Of a stretch of 64,000 nt of DNA, positions 34,733 to 42,747 are shown piece by piece. The notes beneath the pieces are model-generated. The model searched no databases and was not told the DNA's origin. It saw only the letters and a program-made list of their open reading frames with translations. The stretch is from Myxococcales bacterium (lineage in GTDB: Bacteria; Myxococcota_A; Polyangia; Polyangiales; Ga0077539): contig JAEUKH010000054.1 of assembly GCA_016792845.1 (NCBI GenBank), forward strand, positions 131,708 through 195,707. Reading direction: 5' to 3'. Positions within the stretch are counted from its first letter, which is position 1. Every line of letters begins with the position of its first letter. The position numbers and the translations under genes are program-made.

Positions 34733-34760
34733 CGCATCGGGCCGTCGCCGCAATCGTAGA

Positions 34761-35753
34761 TCACACCCCCGGCGCCCGGGTCGATAGCACCCAGTCGGCC
34801 AAGGCACCGAAGCGCTCGCTCAAGAGCAAATGCCGCAAACGCCAGAGCGGCGAGTGCCACGCCGAGGGCGCGATCTTGCCGTCGAGCACCTCGAGCATCG
34901 CCTCTGCGGTCAGTGTTGACAGTGTGTCAAGAACCCTGGCCCCCCGCGCGGCGCTGGCGAGGCTCGGGTCGCCCGCGTAGGTCTCGCGCTCGAAATACCG
35001 GTACCGCAAGGGGAAGCTCCGCACGATCTCGAAGAAGGTCGGCCGCGGGCCGCGGTTGAGCGGCGCCTGGCCGTTTCGGGCGAGCTCATCTTCGAGCGAG
35101 CGCCGCGGCAAGGTGGCGTACTGCGCAGAGACCCAGTCGCCGAGCCCGTGCAAGAGCAAGCTGGTCTCGACGGCGCCGCCGTGGACGTCACCCAGCAAGG
35201 CGCGCACGTCGAGCCCCATGGGCTCGGCGAGGATGTGACTGGCGTCGCTCGAACCGCCCGTCAGGCGCCCGAGGAGCAGCGAGAACACCGGCACCATCTT
35301 CGCCCCCGGGCAGCGCCGCATGACCCGCGCGCAGGCCTCCTCGATGGCCACGATGTGCCGCGGGCCGCCGTGAAAATTGCTCACCCAGAGGGTGTCAAAG
35401 CCTTGCGTCGCGAGGCTCACCCCGAGGTCTTCGAGCATCCGGGTGATGGTCGAGGTGCGAAACCTGATCGAGCCGCGGTGCGGCAGCACATCGGCCGCGG
35501 CGTAGATCGCGGGCAGCTTCACGAAGCGAAGCCCGGGGCGCGCCTCGGCCACCCGCCGCGCCGCCGCGTCGAGGAGCATCTCAGCCTCGGCGATGTCGGC
35601 GATCACGGGCAGGTGCGGGCCGTGCACTTCGAGCGGCGAGCAGCTCACCAGCGCGACCGTGGGCTGCCCGCGGAGCCGCGCGAAATCAGCGCCGGTGAGG
35701 CGCCGCCAGTCAGAGATGGGGTCTTCGATCATCGCGGCCCGAGAGCCTACCAT
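34761..35753 (-). CDS. creatininase-family amidohydrolase
   Basis: VSCSPLEVHGPHLPVIADIAEAE and WVSNFHGGPRH match the creatininase-family metal-binding motifs. Start ATG 35753 or 35732. Confidence 0.8.
   Translation of the reverse strand: MVGSRAAMIEDPISDWRRLTGADFARLRGQPTVALVSCSPLEVHGPHLPVIADIAEAEMLLDAAARRVAEARPGLRFVKLPAIYAAADVLPHRGSIRFRTSTITRMLEDLGVSLATQGFDTLWVSNFHGGPRHIVAIEEACARVMRRCPGAKMVPVFSLLLGRLTGGSSDASHILAEPMGLDVRALLGDVHGGAVETSLLLHGLGDWVSAQYATLPRRSLEDELARNGQAPLNRGPRPTFFEIVRSFPLRYRYFERETYAGDPSLASAARGARVLDTLSTLTAEAMLEVLDGKIAPSAWHSPLWRLRHLLLSERFGALADWVLSTRAPGV
34916..34930. repeat. palindrome family B, copy B4: TTGACAGTGTGTCAA, flank GAAC
   Basis: Read directly. Lies inside the creatininase-family CDS and is read as L-D-T-L-S. 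Confidence 0.9.
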
Positions 35754-35779
35754 CGCGGCGCGGGCGGCGGGGCGCGGGG

Positions 35780-38700
35780 CTATTTGTGCTCGAGCTCTTC
35801 GACCCCGGTGAAGGGGCTCGGCGGCGCGTCGAGGTAGCGAGCCGTGCGGGCGCGACGGAGCGCGAACACCGGGTCATCGGCGAGCCGCGGGGCCAGCGCG
35901 TCGAAGGCCGCGAGGGCCTCGGCGAAGCGCCCCGCGCCGTGCAGGGCGAGGGCCGCGTGCCAGGCCGCCAAGGTGTCTGCCTTGGCCGCCCGCAGCGCCT
36001 CGGGGTCGGCGTCGAAGACCTCGTAGAGCGTCACCGGGGCCATGCGGCCGACGACCCTGACGCGGTCGACCTCGCGCAAACCGAAGCGCCCCGGAGGCAG
36101 CGCCGCGGCGGTCTGATCGCCGATCAAGAGCGCGACGTTGTAGTGCTTGGTGAGCGACTCGATGCGGGCCCCGAGGTTGACGCAGTCGCCGATCACGCCG
36201 CACTTGATGCGCTGCGGGCCGCCGATGGTGCCGAGGGTCAGCTCGCCCGTGTTGAGGCCGACGCCGATGGCGATGGGTCGTCGGCCCTCGGCCGCGCGAC
36301 GGGCGTTGAGCGCGCCGAGCCGCGCGAGCATGCCGACCCCGGCCACCACCGCGGCTTCGGGGGCGCCGTCGAAGAGGGCCATGATGGCGTCACCGATGTA
36401 ACTGTCGACGAAGCCGCCCTGGTCGAGGATGGCGGGCTCCATCGCGGCGAGGTAGTCGTTGATGAAGGCGATGTTCTCTTCAGGGGTCATGCCCTCGACG
36501 TGACGGGTGAAGCCTCGCATGTCGCTGAAGAGCACCGTCATGGTCTTCTGGACGCTGTCGCCGAGGGCCACCTCGTCGATGCTCTTGTGCCCGAGCGAGC
36601 GGATGAACTCCGCGGGCACGAAGCGCCGGTTGGCGTCGGTGAGCGCGATCTGGCGCCCGAGGGCGTCGCGGAGCTCGTCGTAGAGCCGCGCGTTCTCGAG
36701 CGACACCGCGGCCTGCGCCGCGAGCACCCGCACGAGCTCGACCCGCGCCGGCGGAAAGGCCCCCGGCACGCTGTCGTGCTCAAGGTAGAGCACCCCCGTC
36801 ACCGTGCCCTGATTCGACAAGGCCGTGCAGAGCACCGAGCGCACCCCCTGGGCCCTGACATACGCGTCGCCCACGTACGCGCCGTGCGTCGCCGCGTCGC
36901 TCAGCAGCACCGTCTCGCCCGTGCGCGCCACATACCGCAGCACGCTGCTCGGGAGGTTTGACACTGTGTCAAGATCGCGCGTCTCGCGCACGAAGCGCCC
37001 CCCGACGTGGCTCTCGGCCTCGACCCAGAGGGCCCCGTCGCGCAGCCTGAGGAGCGCCCCGCGCCGCGCCCCCGCGTTCTCGATCACGACGTCGAGCACG
37101 CGGTTGAGGAGCTGGTCGAGCACGATCTCGCCCGAGAGCGCCCGCGCGGCCTTGAGGGCCGACTCCAGGTCGAGCGCCTCGACCCGGGTGTTGGTGGTGG
37201 TGGTGGCTCCGGCGCTCGCGCTCACCGCCGCTGGGCCTTCGGGCCCGAGGGCGAACTCTGCGTCGAGGCGCCGCACCAAGGCGCCCGCGCCGTAGCGCTG
37301 GAGCGCGCCCCGGGCCTCGCGGGCCAGCGAGATGGCGAGGCCCTGACGGCCCATGCTGCGGTGCCACCGCGCGGCGCGGGTCAACACGATGGCCTCGTCG
37401 CCCGGCGTGGCGCCCTGCCGCGACGCGGCGACGGCGCGCTCAAAGTGCGAGAGGGCGTCGTTCGTGCGGCCCTCGACCCGGGCCAGCTCGGCGTCGAGGA
37501 GCGTCGCGCGGAGGCCGTAGCTCTGCGCGTTGCGGGCGCCCCAGGCGCGGTACCCCGAGACCCGCTGGCGGAGCTGAACGTGAGCCCGCGCGCGGCGCGC
37601 CAGGGGCCATGTTGACAGCGTGTCAAACATCGCCAGGAGGCCATAGAACCTCACCGCGGGGAGGTACACCTGTCCGGCGATGAGCGCCGCGTTGGCCTCG
37701 ACCTCGTCGTAGCTCTCGCAGGCCTCGGGGCCCATCGCGAAGAGGGCTCGGCGCATGATGCGCACGACGTTGGCGTTGGTGACGCCGTTGAGGTCGCCGG
37801 CGCCGCGGTACCGGGCCACCACGACCTCGTCGGCGGCCTCGGTGGCTTCGAGGGTGGCCTCTCCCTGGAGCGAGCGGAGGGTCAAGCGACCGAGGCCGAT
37901 GAGCTCAGAGGTCTTGGTCTGTCGAAGGTCTGACAGTGTGTCAAAGCTCTTGTCGAAGCGCGGCCCGAGCTCGGCGAGGGAGACCCCGCGGAAGAGGTCG
38001 ACGAGGTCGGCGCCCGAGAGGTTGTAGGCCCAGTACTCAAGGTTGCCGGTCTCGAGGGCCCGCCGCGCGGCGATTTGGTGGTCGGCGACGCAGTCTGCGA
38101 GGGGCGCCGTCCAGTGGCGGATGAAATACTGGAGAATGAACTCGATCTGGGGGCGCAGGGGCTCGTCTGCGAAGCGGTCGATGGTGCGCCGGGCGAGGTC
38201 GCCGAAGCGGAGCCCCGTCTCGACCTGGCCGAAGTGCGCCGTCACGATGAGCCCGTAGGCGATGTATCCGAAGGCCGAGAGCCCCGTCGCGCCGTGCGCC
38301 ACCGTGAGCTGAACCACCCGACACGCGAGGAGCGGGAAGAGGTTCGGCGACGCGAAGAACGCCGACGCCGCCGCCGAGCCGATGATCTTGAACGCGATCT
38401 TCAGCGACGCGTCGCGCAGCTCGGGGAGCTCGGCGAGGGCGTCCATCGAGCGAAACCCGAGGCTCACCCGGGTCGCCGCGAGGGCCCGCAGCACATGCCC
38501 CTGCCCGGGCTCAGCGGGGAAGCTCAGCCCCAACATCGCCAACGCCTCAAGGCTGAGCGCGATGGCGTCGACGTGGCGCCCGCGATGGTTCGCCGCGCGC
38601 ACCCGCACCTCGGCGATGCGCGCCCGCGACAAGGTGTCAGGCGCGACGCTCAGGGCCTCGCGCACCGACGCCTCGACGGCCTCGAAGTCGGTCGCCAGGT

Positions 38701-41044
38701 ACGCGCACTCGGCCCGCTCGATGAGCCGATCGAGCCGCGATTCGAGCGCCACCGCGCGCGAACCCCAAAGTGTTGACACCAAGTCAAGATGACCCAGCGC
38801 GGCGCGGTACGCGGTGGCCGCGCGGGCCAGGCGAGCGGCCTGCCAGACCCGTGACGCCATGGCCGTCCGCGTGTCAGGCTCGGCGATCGCGGCCTCGCCG
38901 CGCGAGAGGTGGTACGCGAGGGCGAAGAGCTCGGGCCCCGGGAGCGCGTCGCCGTAGAGGGCCACGAGGGTCTCGGCGATCTGCGCGTGGAGCGCCGGGA
39001 GCCCCGTCTCGGGCAAGAGCTGATGGGCGGCCTCGCGCACCCGGTCGTGGGCGAAGCGCCAAGGCTGATCGGTGTTGCTCGGCACGACCAGGCCGAGCCC
39101 GAGGGCCTCACCGAGCTGGGCTTCGAGCTGCGCGTGATCGTGCCCGGTGAGCGCCGCGAGCATGGCGAGACCGAACTGATTGCCGACCGCCGAGGCGAGG
39201 GTCAGCGTACGGCGCACCGCCGGGTCGAGCGCCGCGAGCCGCGCCGCCACGAGGCCCGAGACGGTGTCGGGCACGCCCGCAGACTTCACCGCGTCGAGCG
39301 ACCAGGCCCAGCGCCGGCGCTGCGGGTCGAAGTGAATCACCCCCGCGTCTGAGAGGGCCCCGAGAAACTCCACCGTCGCGTAAGGGTTGCCGCCGGTGCG
39401 GGCGCGAACCACCCCCGCCAGCGCCGCGACCTGGGCCTCGTCGGCCGGGAAGACGCGCCCCACCAGCGCCGCCACATCGTCGAGGTCGAGGGCGTCGAGG
39501 TGCACCTCGTCGACGGTGCCGTCGACACCGCTTAAGCGCTGCCAGAAGCCCCCGAGGCGCCCCTCGGGGTCGGGCCAGGGGTCGCGCTCGGCGGTCACCA
39601 AGAGCAAATGCGGGAGCCGCCGCGCCGCCACGCTCTCGATCAGCTTCAGCGAGGCCTCGTCGGCCCACTGGAGGTCGTCGAGGAAGAGCACCAGCGGCCG
39701 CTCGGCGGTGCTGAGGGCGCTAACAAGTGCTCGAAATGTCAGTTGAAACCGAACGTCGCTCTCGGCCGGGCCGAGGGCCGGCAGCGGCTCGGTCTCACCG
39801 AGAAGGGTGCCGAGCTCGGGCACCACCTCGACGAGGCACCGCGCGTTGGGCTTGAGCGCCTCGCGGAGCTGGTACCGCCAGAGCGCGAAGCCCTCGGCGT
39901 CGAGGCCCAAGAGCGAGCCCACCGCCTGGCGCAGCGCGCTCGCGATGCCCGCGTACGGCACCGCGCCCTGGAGCGGGTCTTGTTTGCCCTCGACGAGCAA
40001 GCCCCCGAGCGCCGCCACCTCGCGCTGGAGCGCCCGTACGAGCGACGACTTGCCCGCCCCGGTCTCGCCCCGAAGCCGCACCGTCTCGCCTCGCCCCGCC
40101 CGCGCTCGACCGAGGGCCTCGCGGAGCACCGAGAGCGCCCCGGCGCGGCCCACGAGCTGCTCAGGGCGCCGAAAGCGCTCGGGCACGTCGTCGCAGCCCA
40201 AGGCGAAGGTCGCAGTCTCACCGCGGGCGAACTGCGCCGCGCAGCGCGCGAGGTCGGCCGCGAGCCCCGCCGCGCTCTGGTACCGCTGGGCCGGGTCTTT
40301 TTCGAGCAAGCGATGGATCACCCCGCAGAGGCTCGGGCTCACCGCGGGGGCCACCGACGCGAGGGCCGCGGGCTCCTGGGCGAGGTGCGCGTGGAGCCAC
40401 CCCAAGGTCGACTCGGCCCGCAGCGGCAGCTGACCCGCGAGGGCCTCGTAGAAGACCACCCCGAGGGCGTACAAATCGCTCGCCGGAGACAGCGTTCGTT
40501 GAGTGCGCCCGCTCTGCTCGGGGGCGATGTACGCGAGGGTGCCCTCGACCCGGTCGCGGGCCGCCACCCCTTGCTCGCCGTGCAGCCGCAGCGCGATGCC
40601 GAAATCGCTCACCCAAGCCTCGGCGCCGTCTTCGCTCAAGAGCAGGTTCGAGGGCTTGATGTCGCGGTGCAACACACCCGCCCGATGCACCACCCCCAAG
40701 GCGGCCACCACCGCCCGCGCCATCGGGTAGAACGCGGCCTCGGTGAGGGCGCCCCGCGCGAGCCGTTGGGCCAGGGTCTCGTGACCGCGCCAGAGCCGCA
40801 CCAGCACCGGCCGACCCCCGTCGTGCGCGAGGCCGACCCCGCGCGCCACCGCCCCGTCAGGGAGCGACTGCGTGATCGCGAGCTCGTGTTCGAGCTGGGC
40901 GCCCAAACGGCCTTCAGGGTCGCTCGCCCTCACCGCCTTCAGCGCGACGGTCTCGCCGTCGCCCCGCCGGTGTGCGCGCCAAACCGTAAAGGCGGTGCTC
41001 TCTGCCACCGCCTCAGCACCCTCGTAACCCGCAATGTGCACCAT
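35780..41044 (-). CDS. multidomain signalling protein: Ser/Thr protein kinase, AAA/STAND-type ATPase, helical repeat region, GAF, class III adenylate/guanylate cyclase
   Basis: ORF 35780-41044 (1754 aa). Kinase HRDIKPSNLLL, DFG and APE. P-loop GETGAGKSSL. GAF around LDQLLNRVLDVVIENAGARRGALL. Cyclase TVLFSDMRGFT...YIGDAIMALF...GLNTGELTLGTIGG...VIGDCVNLGARIES. Confidence 0.9.
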   Translation of the reverse strand: MVHIAGYEGAEAVAESTAFTVWRAHRRGDGETVALKAVRASDPEGRLGAQLEHELAITQSLPDGAVARGVGLAHDGGRPVLVRLWRGHETLAQRLARGALTEAAFYPMARAVVAALGVVHRAGVLHRDIKPSNLLLSEDGAEAWVSDFGIALRLHGEQGVAARDRVEGTLAYIAPEQSGRTQRTLSPASDLYALGVVFYEALAGQLPLRAESTLGWLHAHLAQEPAALASVAPAVSPSLCGVIHRLLEKDPAQRYQSAAGLAADLARCAAQFARGETATFALGCDDVPERFRRPEQLVGRAGALSVLREALGRARAGRGETVRLRGETGAGKSSLVRALQREVAALGGLLVEGKQDPLQGAVPYAGIASALRQAVGSLLGLDAEGFALWRYQLREALKPNARCLVEVVPELGTLLGETEPLPALGPAESDVRFQLTFRALVSALSTAERPLVLFLDDLQWADEASLKLIESVAARRLPHLLLVTAERDPWPDPEGRLGGFWQRLSGVDGTVDEVHLDALDLDDVAALVGRVFPADEAQVAALAGVVRARTGGNPYATVEFLGALSDAGVIHFDPQRRRWAWSLDAVKSAGVPDTVSGLVAARLAALDPAVRRTLTLASAVGNQFGLAMLAALTGHDHAQLEAQLGEALGLGLVVPSNTDQPWRFAHDRVREAAHQLLPETGLPALHAQIAETLVALYGDALPGPELFALAYHLSRGEAAIAEPDTRTAMASRVWQAARLARAATAYRAALGHLDLVSTLWGSRAVALESRLDRLIERAECAYLATDFEAVEASVREALSVAPDTLSRARIAEVRVRAANHRGRHVDAIALSLEALAMLGLSFPAEPGQGHVLRALAATRVSLGFRSMDALAELPELRDASLKIAFKIIGSAAASAFFASPNLFPLLACRVVQLTVAHGATGLSAFGYIAYGLIVTAHFGQVETGLRFGDLARRTIDRFADEPLRPQIEFILQYFIRHWTAPLADCVADHQIAARRALETGNLEYWAYNLSGADLVDLFRGVSLAELGPRFDKSFDTLSDLRQTKTSELIGLGRLTLRSLQGEATLEATEAADEVVVARYRGAGDLNGVTNANVVRIMRRALFAMGPEACESYDEVEANAALIAGQVYLPAVRFYGLLAMFDTLSTWPLARRARAHVQLRQRVSGYRAWGARNAQSYGLRATLLDAELARVEGRTNDALSHFERAVAASRQGATPGDEAIVLTRAARWHRSMGRQGLAISLAREARGALQRYGAGALVRRLDAEFALGPEGPAAVSASAGATTTTNTRVEALDLESALKAARALSGEIVLDQLLNRVLDVVIENAGARRGALLRLRDGALWVEAESHVGGRFVRETRDLDTVSNLPSSVLRYVARTGETVLLSDAATHGAYVGDAYVRAQGVRSVLCTALSNQGTVTGVLYLEHDSVPGAFPPARVELVRVLAAQAAVSLENARLYDELRDALGRQIALTDANRRFVPAEFIRSLGHKSIDEVALGDSVQKTMTVLFSDMRGFTRHVEGMTPEENIAFINDYLAAMEPAILDQGGFVDSYIGDAIMALFDGAPEAAVVAGVGMLARLGALNARRAAEGRRPIAIGVGLNTGELTLGTIGGPQRIKCGVIGDCVNLGARIESLTKHYNVALLIGDQTAAALPPGRFGLREVDRVRVVGRMAPVTLYEVFDADPEALRAAKADTLAAWHAALALHGAGRFAEALAAFDALAPRLADDPVFALRRARTARYLDAPPSPFTGVEELEHK
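36958..36972. repeat. palindrome family B, copy B5: TTGACACTGTGTCAA, flank GATC
   Basis: Read directly. Lies inside the kinase-cyclase CDS and is read as L-D-T-V-S. Confidence 0.9.
37612..37626. repeat. palindrome family B, copy B6: TTGACAGCGTGTCAA (identical to B3)
   Basis: Read directly. Lies inside the kinase-cyclase CDS and is read as F-D-T-L-S. Confidence 0.9.
37930..37944. repeat. palindrome family B, copy B7: CTGACAGTGTGTCAA (one mismatch)
   Basis: Read directly. Lies inside the kinase-cyclase CDS and is read as F-D-T-L-S. Confidence 0.8.
38773..38787. repeat. palindrome family B, copy B8: TTGACACCAAGTCAA (one mismatch), flank GATG
   Basis: Read directly. Lies inside the kinase-cyclase CDS and is read as L-D-L-V-S. 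Confidence 0.75.
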
Positions 41045-41274
41045 TCAACCGCCCACCCGGCATCGTAGAAGCCTCAGCGACCCGACTTCAAGCGCGCTTT
41101 CAACGAACCCTCACCCGACGCAAAGTCTGCGTGCGCGGAGAAAGCTCTACCGCGACGACTTTTCTGCCACCCTGCGGCGACTTCGTTTAGTTTCACCGCT
41201 TCGCATCGAAGCGGCCTCGTCGCGAGGCTGTTCTGCAAGATTTTCTGATTTTTGCAAAGGGGAGCGCGGCGCAA

Positions 41275-42747
41275 ATGCAGAAGGCGGTGGTGATCGGTGC
41301 GGGCCTCGGGGGTCTGGCCATTGCGGCGCGGCTTGTGGCGCGAGGCTGGCAGGTGACGGTGTGCGAGCGCAACGGTCAACCCGGGGGTCGCGCGCAATAC
41401 GAGGTGCGCGACGGGTACGTCTTCGACCGCGGCCCGAGCGTGCTCACGGGCCCGTGGATGCTCGACGCGATCTGGGCGCTCTTCAATGAGCGACGCCGCG
41501 ATGATTTGAAGCTCCTGCCCGTTGACCCGAGCTACCACTTCATCTTCCCCGATGGGCACGATTTCTATCTCTCGCGCGACCCTGTGTTCATGCGCAAAGA
41601 GGTCGAGCGCGTGGCGCCCAGCAACCTTGAAGGGTGGGAGCGTTACCGCCAACACGTCATCGGGTTTTGGGAGGGCACGGTCCGTTCGGTGATGAAGACG
41701 CCGATGTTGAACCTCTGCGACCTCTTGCGCTTCACCCCGGGCATGGTCGCCGGCGGCGGCTTTTTGAGCATGAACGCCCTGGTCGAGCGCTACCTCGAAG
41801 ACCCGTACCTGATTCGGGCCTTGCGCTTTCACCCGACCTTCGTGGGGGCCTCGTGTTGGGCTCCGGGCAGCGCCATCTACTCGGCCATGCAGGGCCTCGA
41901 ATGGGAGGAGGGGGTGAGCTTCCCCGCCGGGGGGATGAACGCCCTCGTGAAGGCCCTCGAAGACCTCGCCGCGCGGCACGGGGTCGAGTTCCGTTATAAC
42001 TGTGAGGTGAAGCAGCTCAAGCTCGATCGGCACAAGGTGACCGGGGTCGAGCTGGCCAACGGCGAGATGCTCAGCAGCGACGTGGTGATCTCGAACGCCG
42101 ACGCGGCCTTCACGTATGAGAAGCTCGTACCCGAGTACGCCCAACGCTTCTGTACGAGCCGCTATTTCGACAACGCGTCGTACAGCACCGGGCTCTTCGT
42201 CTGGTACTTCGGCACCAAGACGCAGTACCCCGAGGTCTCGCACCACTCGGTGATCTTCGGCGACGACGTGCCCGGCGGCTGGCAATGTGAGGGGCCGGTG
42301 CGCTTCGACACCTTCACCTATCTGCACCGCCCCACGGCGAGCGACCCGAGCCTCGCGCCGCCCGGCTGCGACACGTTTTATGCGCTCCGCGCGGTGCCCA
42401 ACCTCTCGGGCATCGTCGACTGGCAGACCGAGGCCGACGACCAGCGCCGCATCTTGATGAACCTCCTCGACGGGGGCGTCTTGCCGGGGCTCCGCGACAA
42501 CATCGCGGTCGACTGGTGGGCCACGCCGCGCTTGTTTCGCACCGACCTCCAGACGCTCTACGGCGCCGGGTTCGGGCTCGCGCCGACCTTGTTTCAGTCG
42601 GCGCTCTTTCGCCCGCACCCCAAGAGCGATGCGATCAAGGGGCTCTACCTCGTGGGCGAGGGCACCCACCCGGGGCCAGGGATCCCCGCGGTGCTCTCTT
42701 CGGCCGAGATCGTCGACGCCCTGCTCAACCCGGGTGTGTCGAAATAA
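41275..42747 (+). CDS. phytoene desaturase family FAD oxidoreductase (CrtI/CrtD-like)
   Basis: MQKAVVIGAGLGGLAIAARLVARGWQVTVCERNGQPGGRA dinucleotide fold. C-terminal LYLVGEGTHPGPGIPAVLSSAEIV is typical of CrtI-family enzymes. Confidence 0.85.
   Translation: MQKAVVIGAGLGGLAIAARLVARGWQVTVCERNGQPGGRAQYEVRDGYVFDRGPSVLTGPWMLDAIWALFNERRRDDLKLLPVDPSYHFIFPDGHDFYLSRDPVFMRKEVERVAPSNLEGWERYRQHVIGFWEGTVRSVMKTPMLNLCDLLRFTPGMVAGGGFLSMNALVERYLEDPYLIRALRFHPTFVGASCWAPGSAIYSAMQGLEWEEGVSFPAGGMNALVKALEDLAARHGVEFRYNCEVKQLKLDRHKVTGVELANGEMLSSDVVISNADAAFTYEKLVPEYAQRFCTSRYFDNASYSTGLFVWYFGTKTQYPEVSHHSVIFGDDVPGGWQCEGPVRFDTFTYLHRPTASDPSLAPPGCDTFYALRAVPNLSGIVDWQTEADDQRRILMNLLDGGVLPGLRDNIAVDWWATPRLFRTDLQTLYGAGFGLAPTLFQSALFRPHPKSDAIKGLYLVGEGTHPGPGIPAVLSSAEIVDALLNPGVSK

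Noticed and set aside
29385-38787. Family-B words read as sigma-70 -35 boxes (TTGACA), i.e. a set of internal promoters
   Set aside because: Every copy is a full palindrome with a fixed 3-nt spacer. I saw no consistently spaced -10 element, and five copies lie deep inside genes. A dimeric DNA-binding protein site or a dispersed element fits better.
35786-41068. Plus-strand ORFs 35786-36961, 37007-37615, 38075-38776 and 39608-41068 opposite the kinase-cyclase gene
   Set aside because: Antisense shadows. The 1754-aa minus-strand ORF contains ordered kinase, P-loop, GAF and cyclase motifs.
41074-42669. 531-aa minus-strand ORF opposite the crtI-family gene
   Set aside because: No FAD fold or other motif. 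The plus-strand product has the CrtI N-terminal dinucleotide fold and C-terminal signature.
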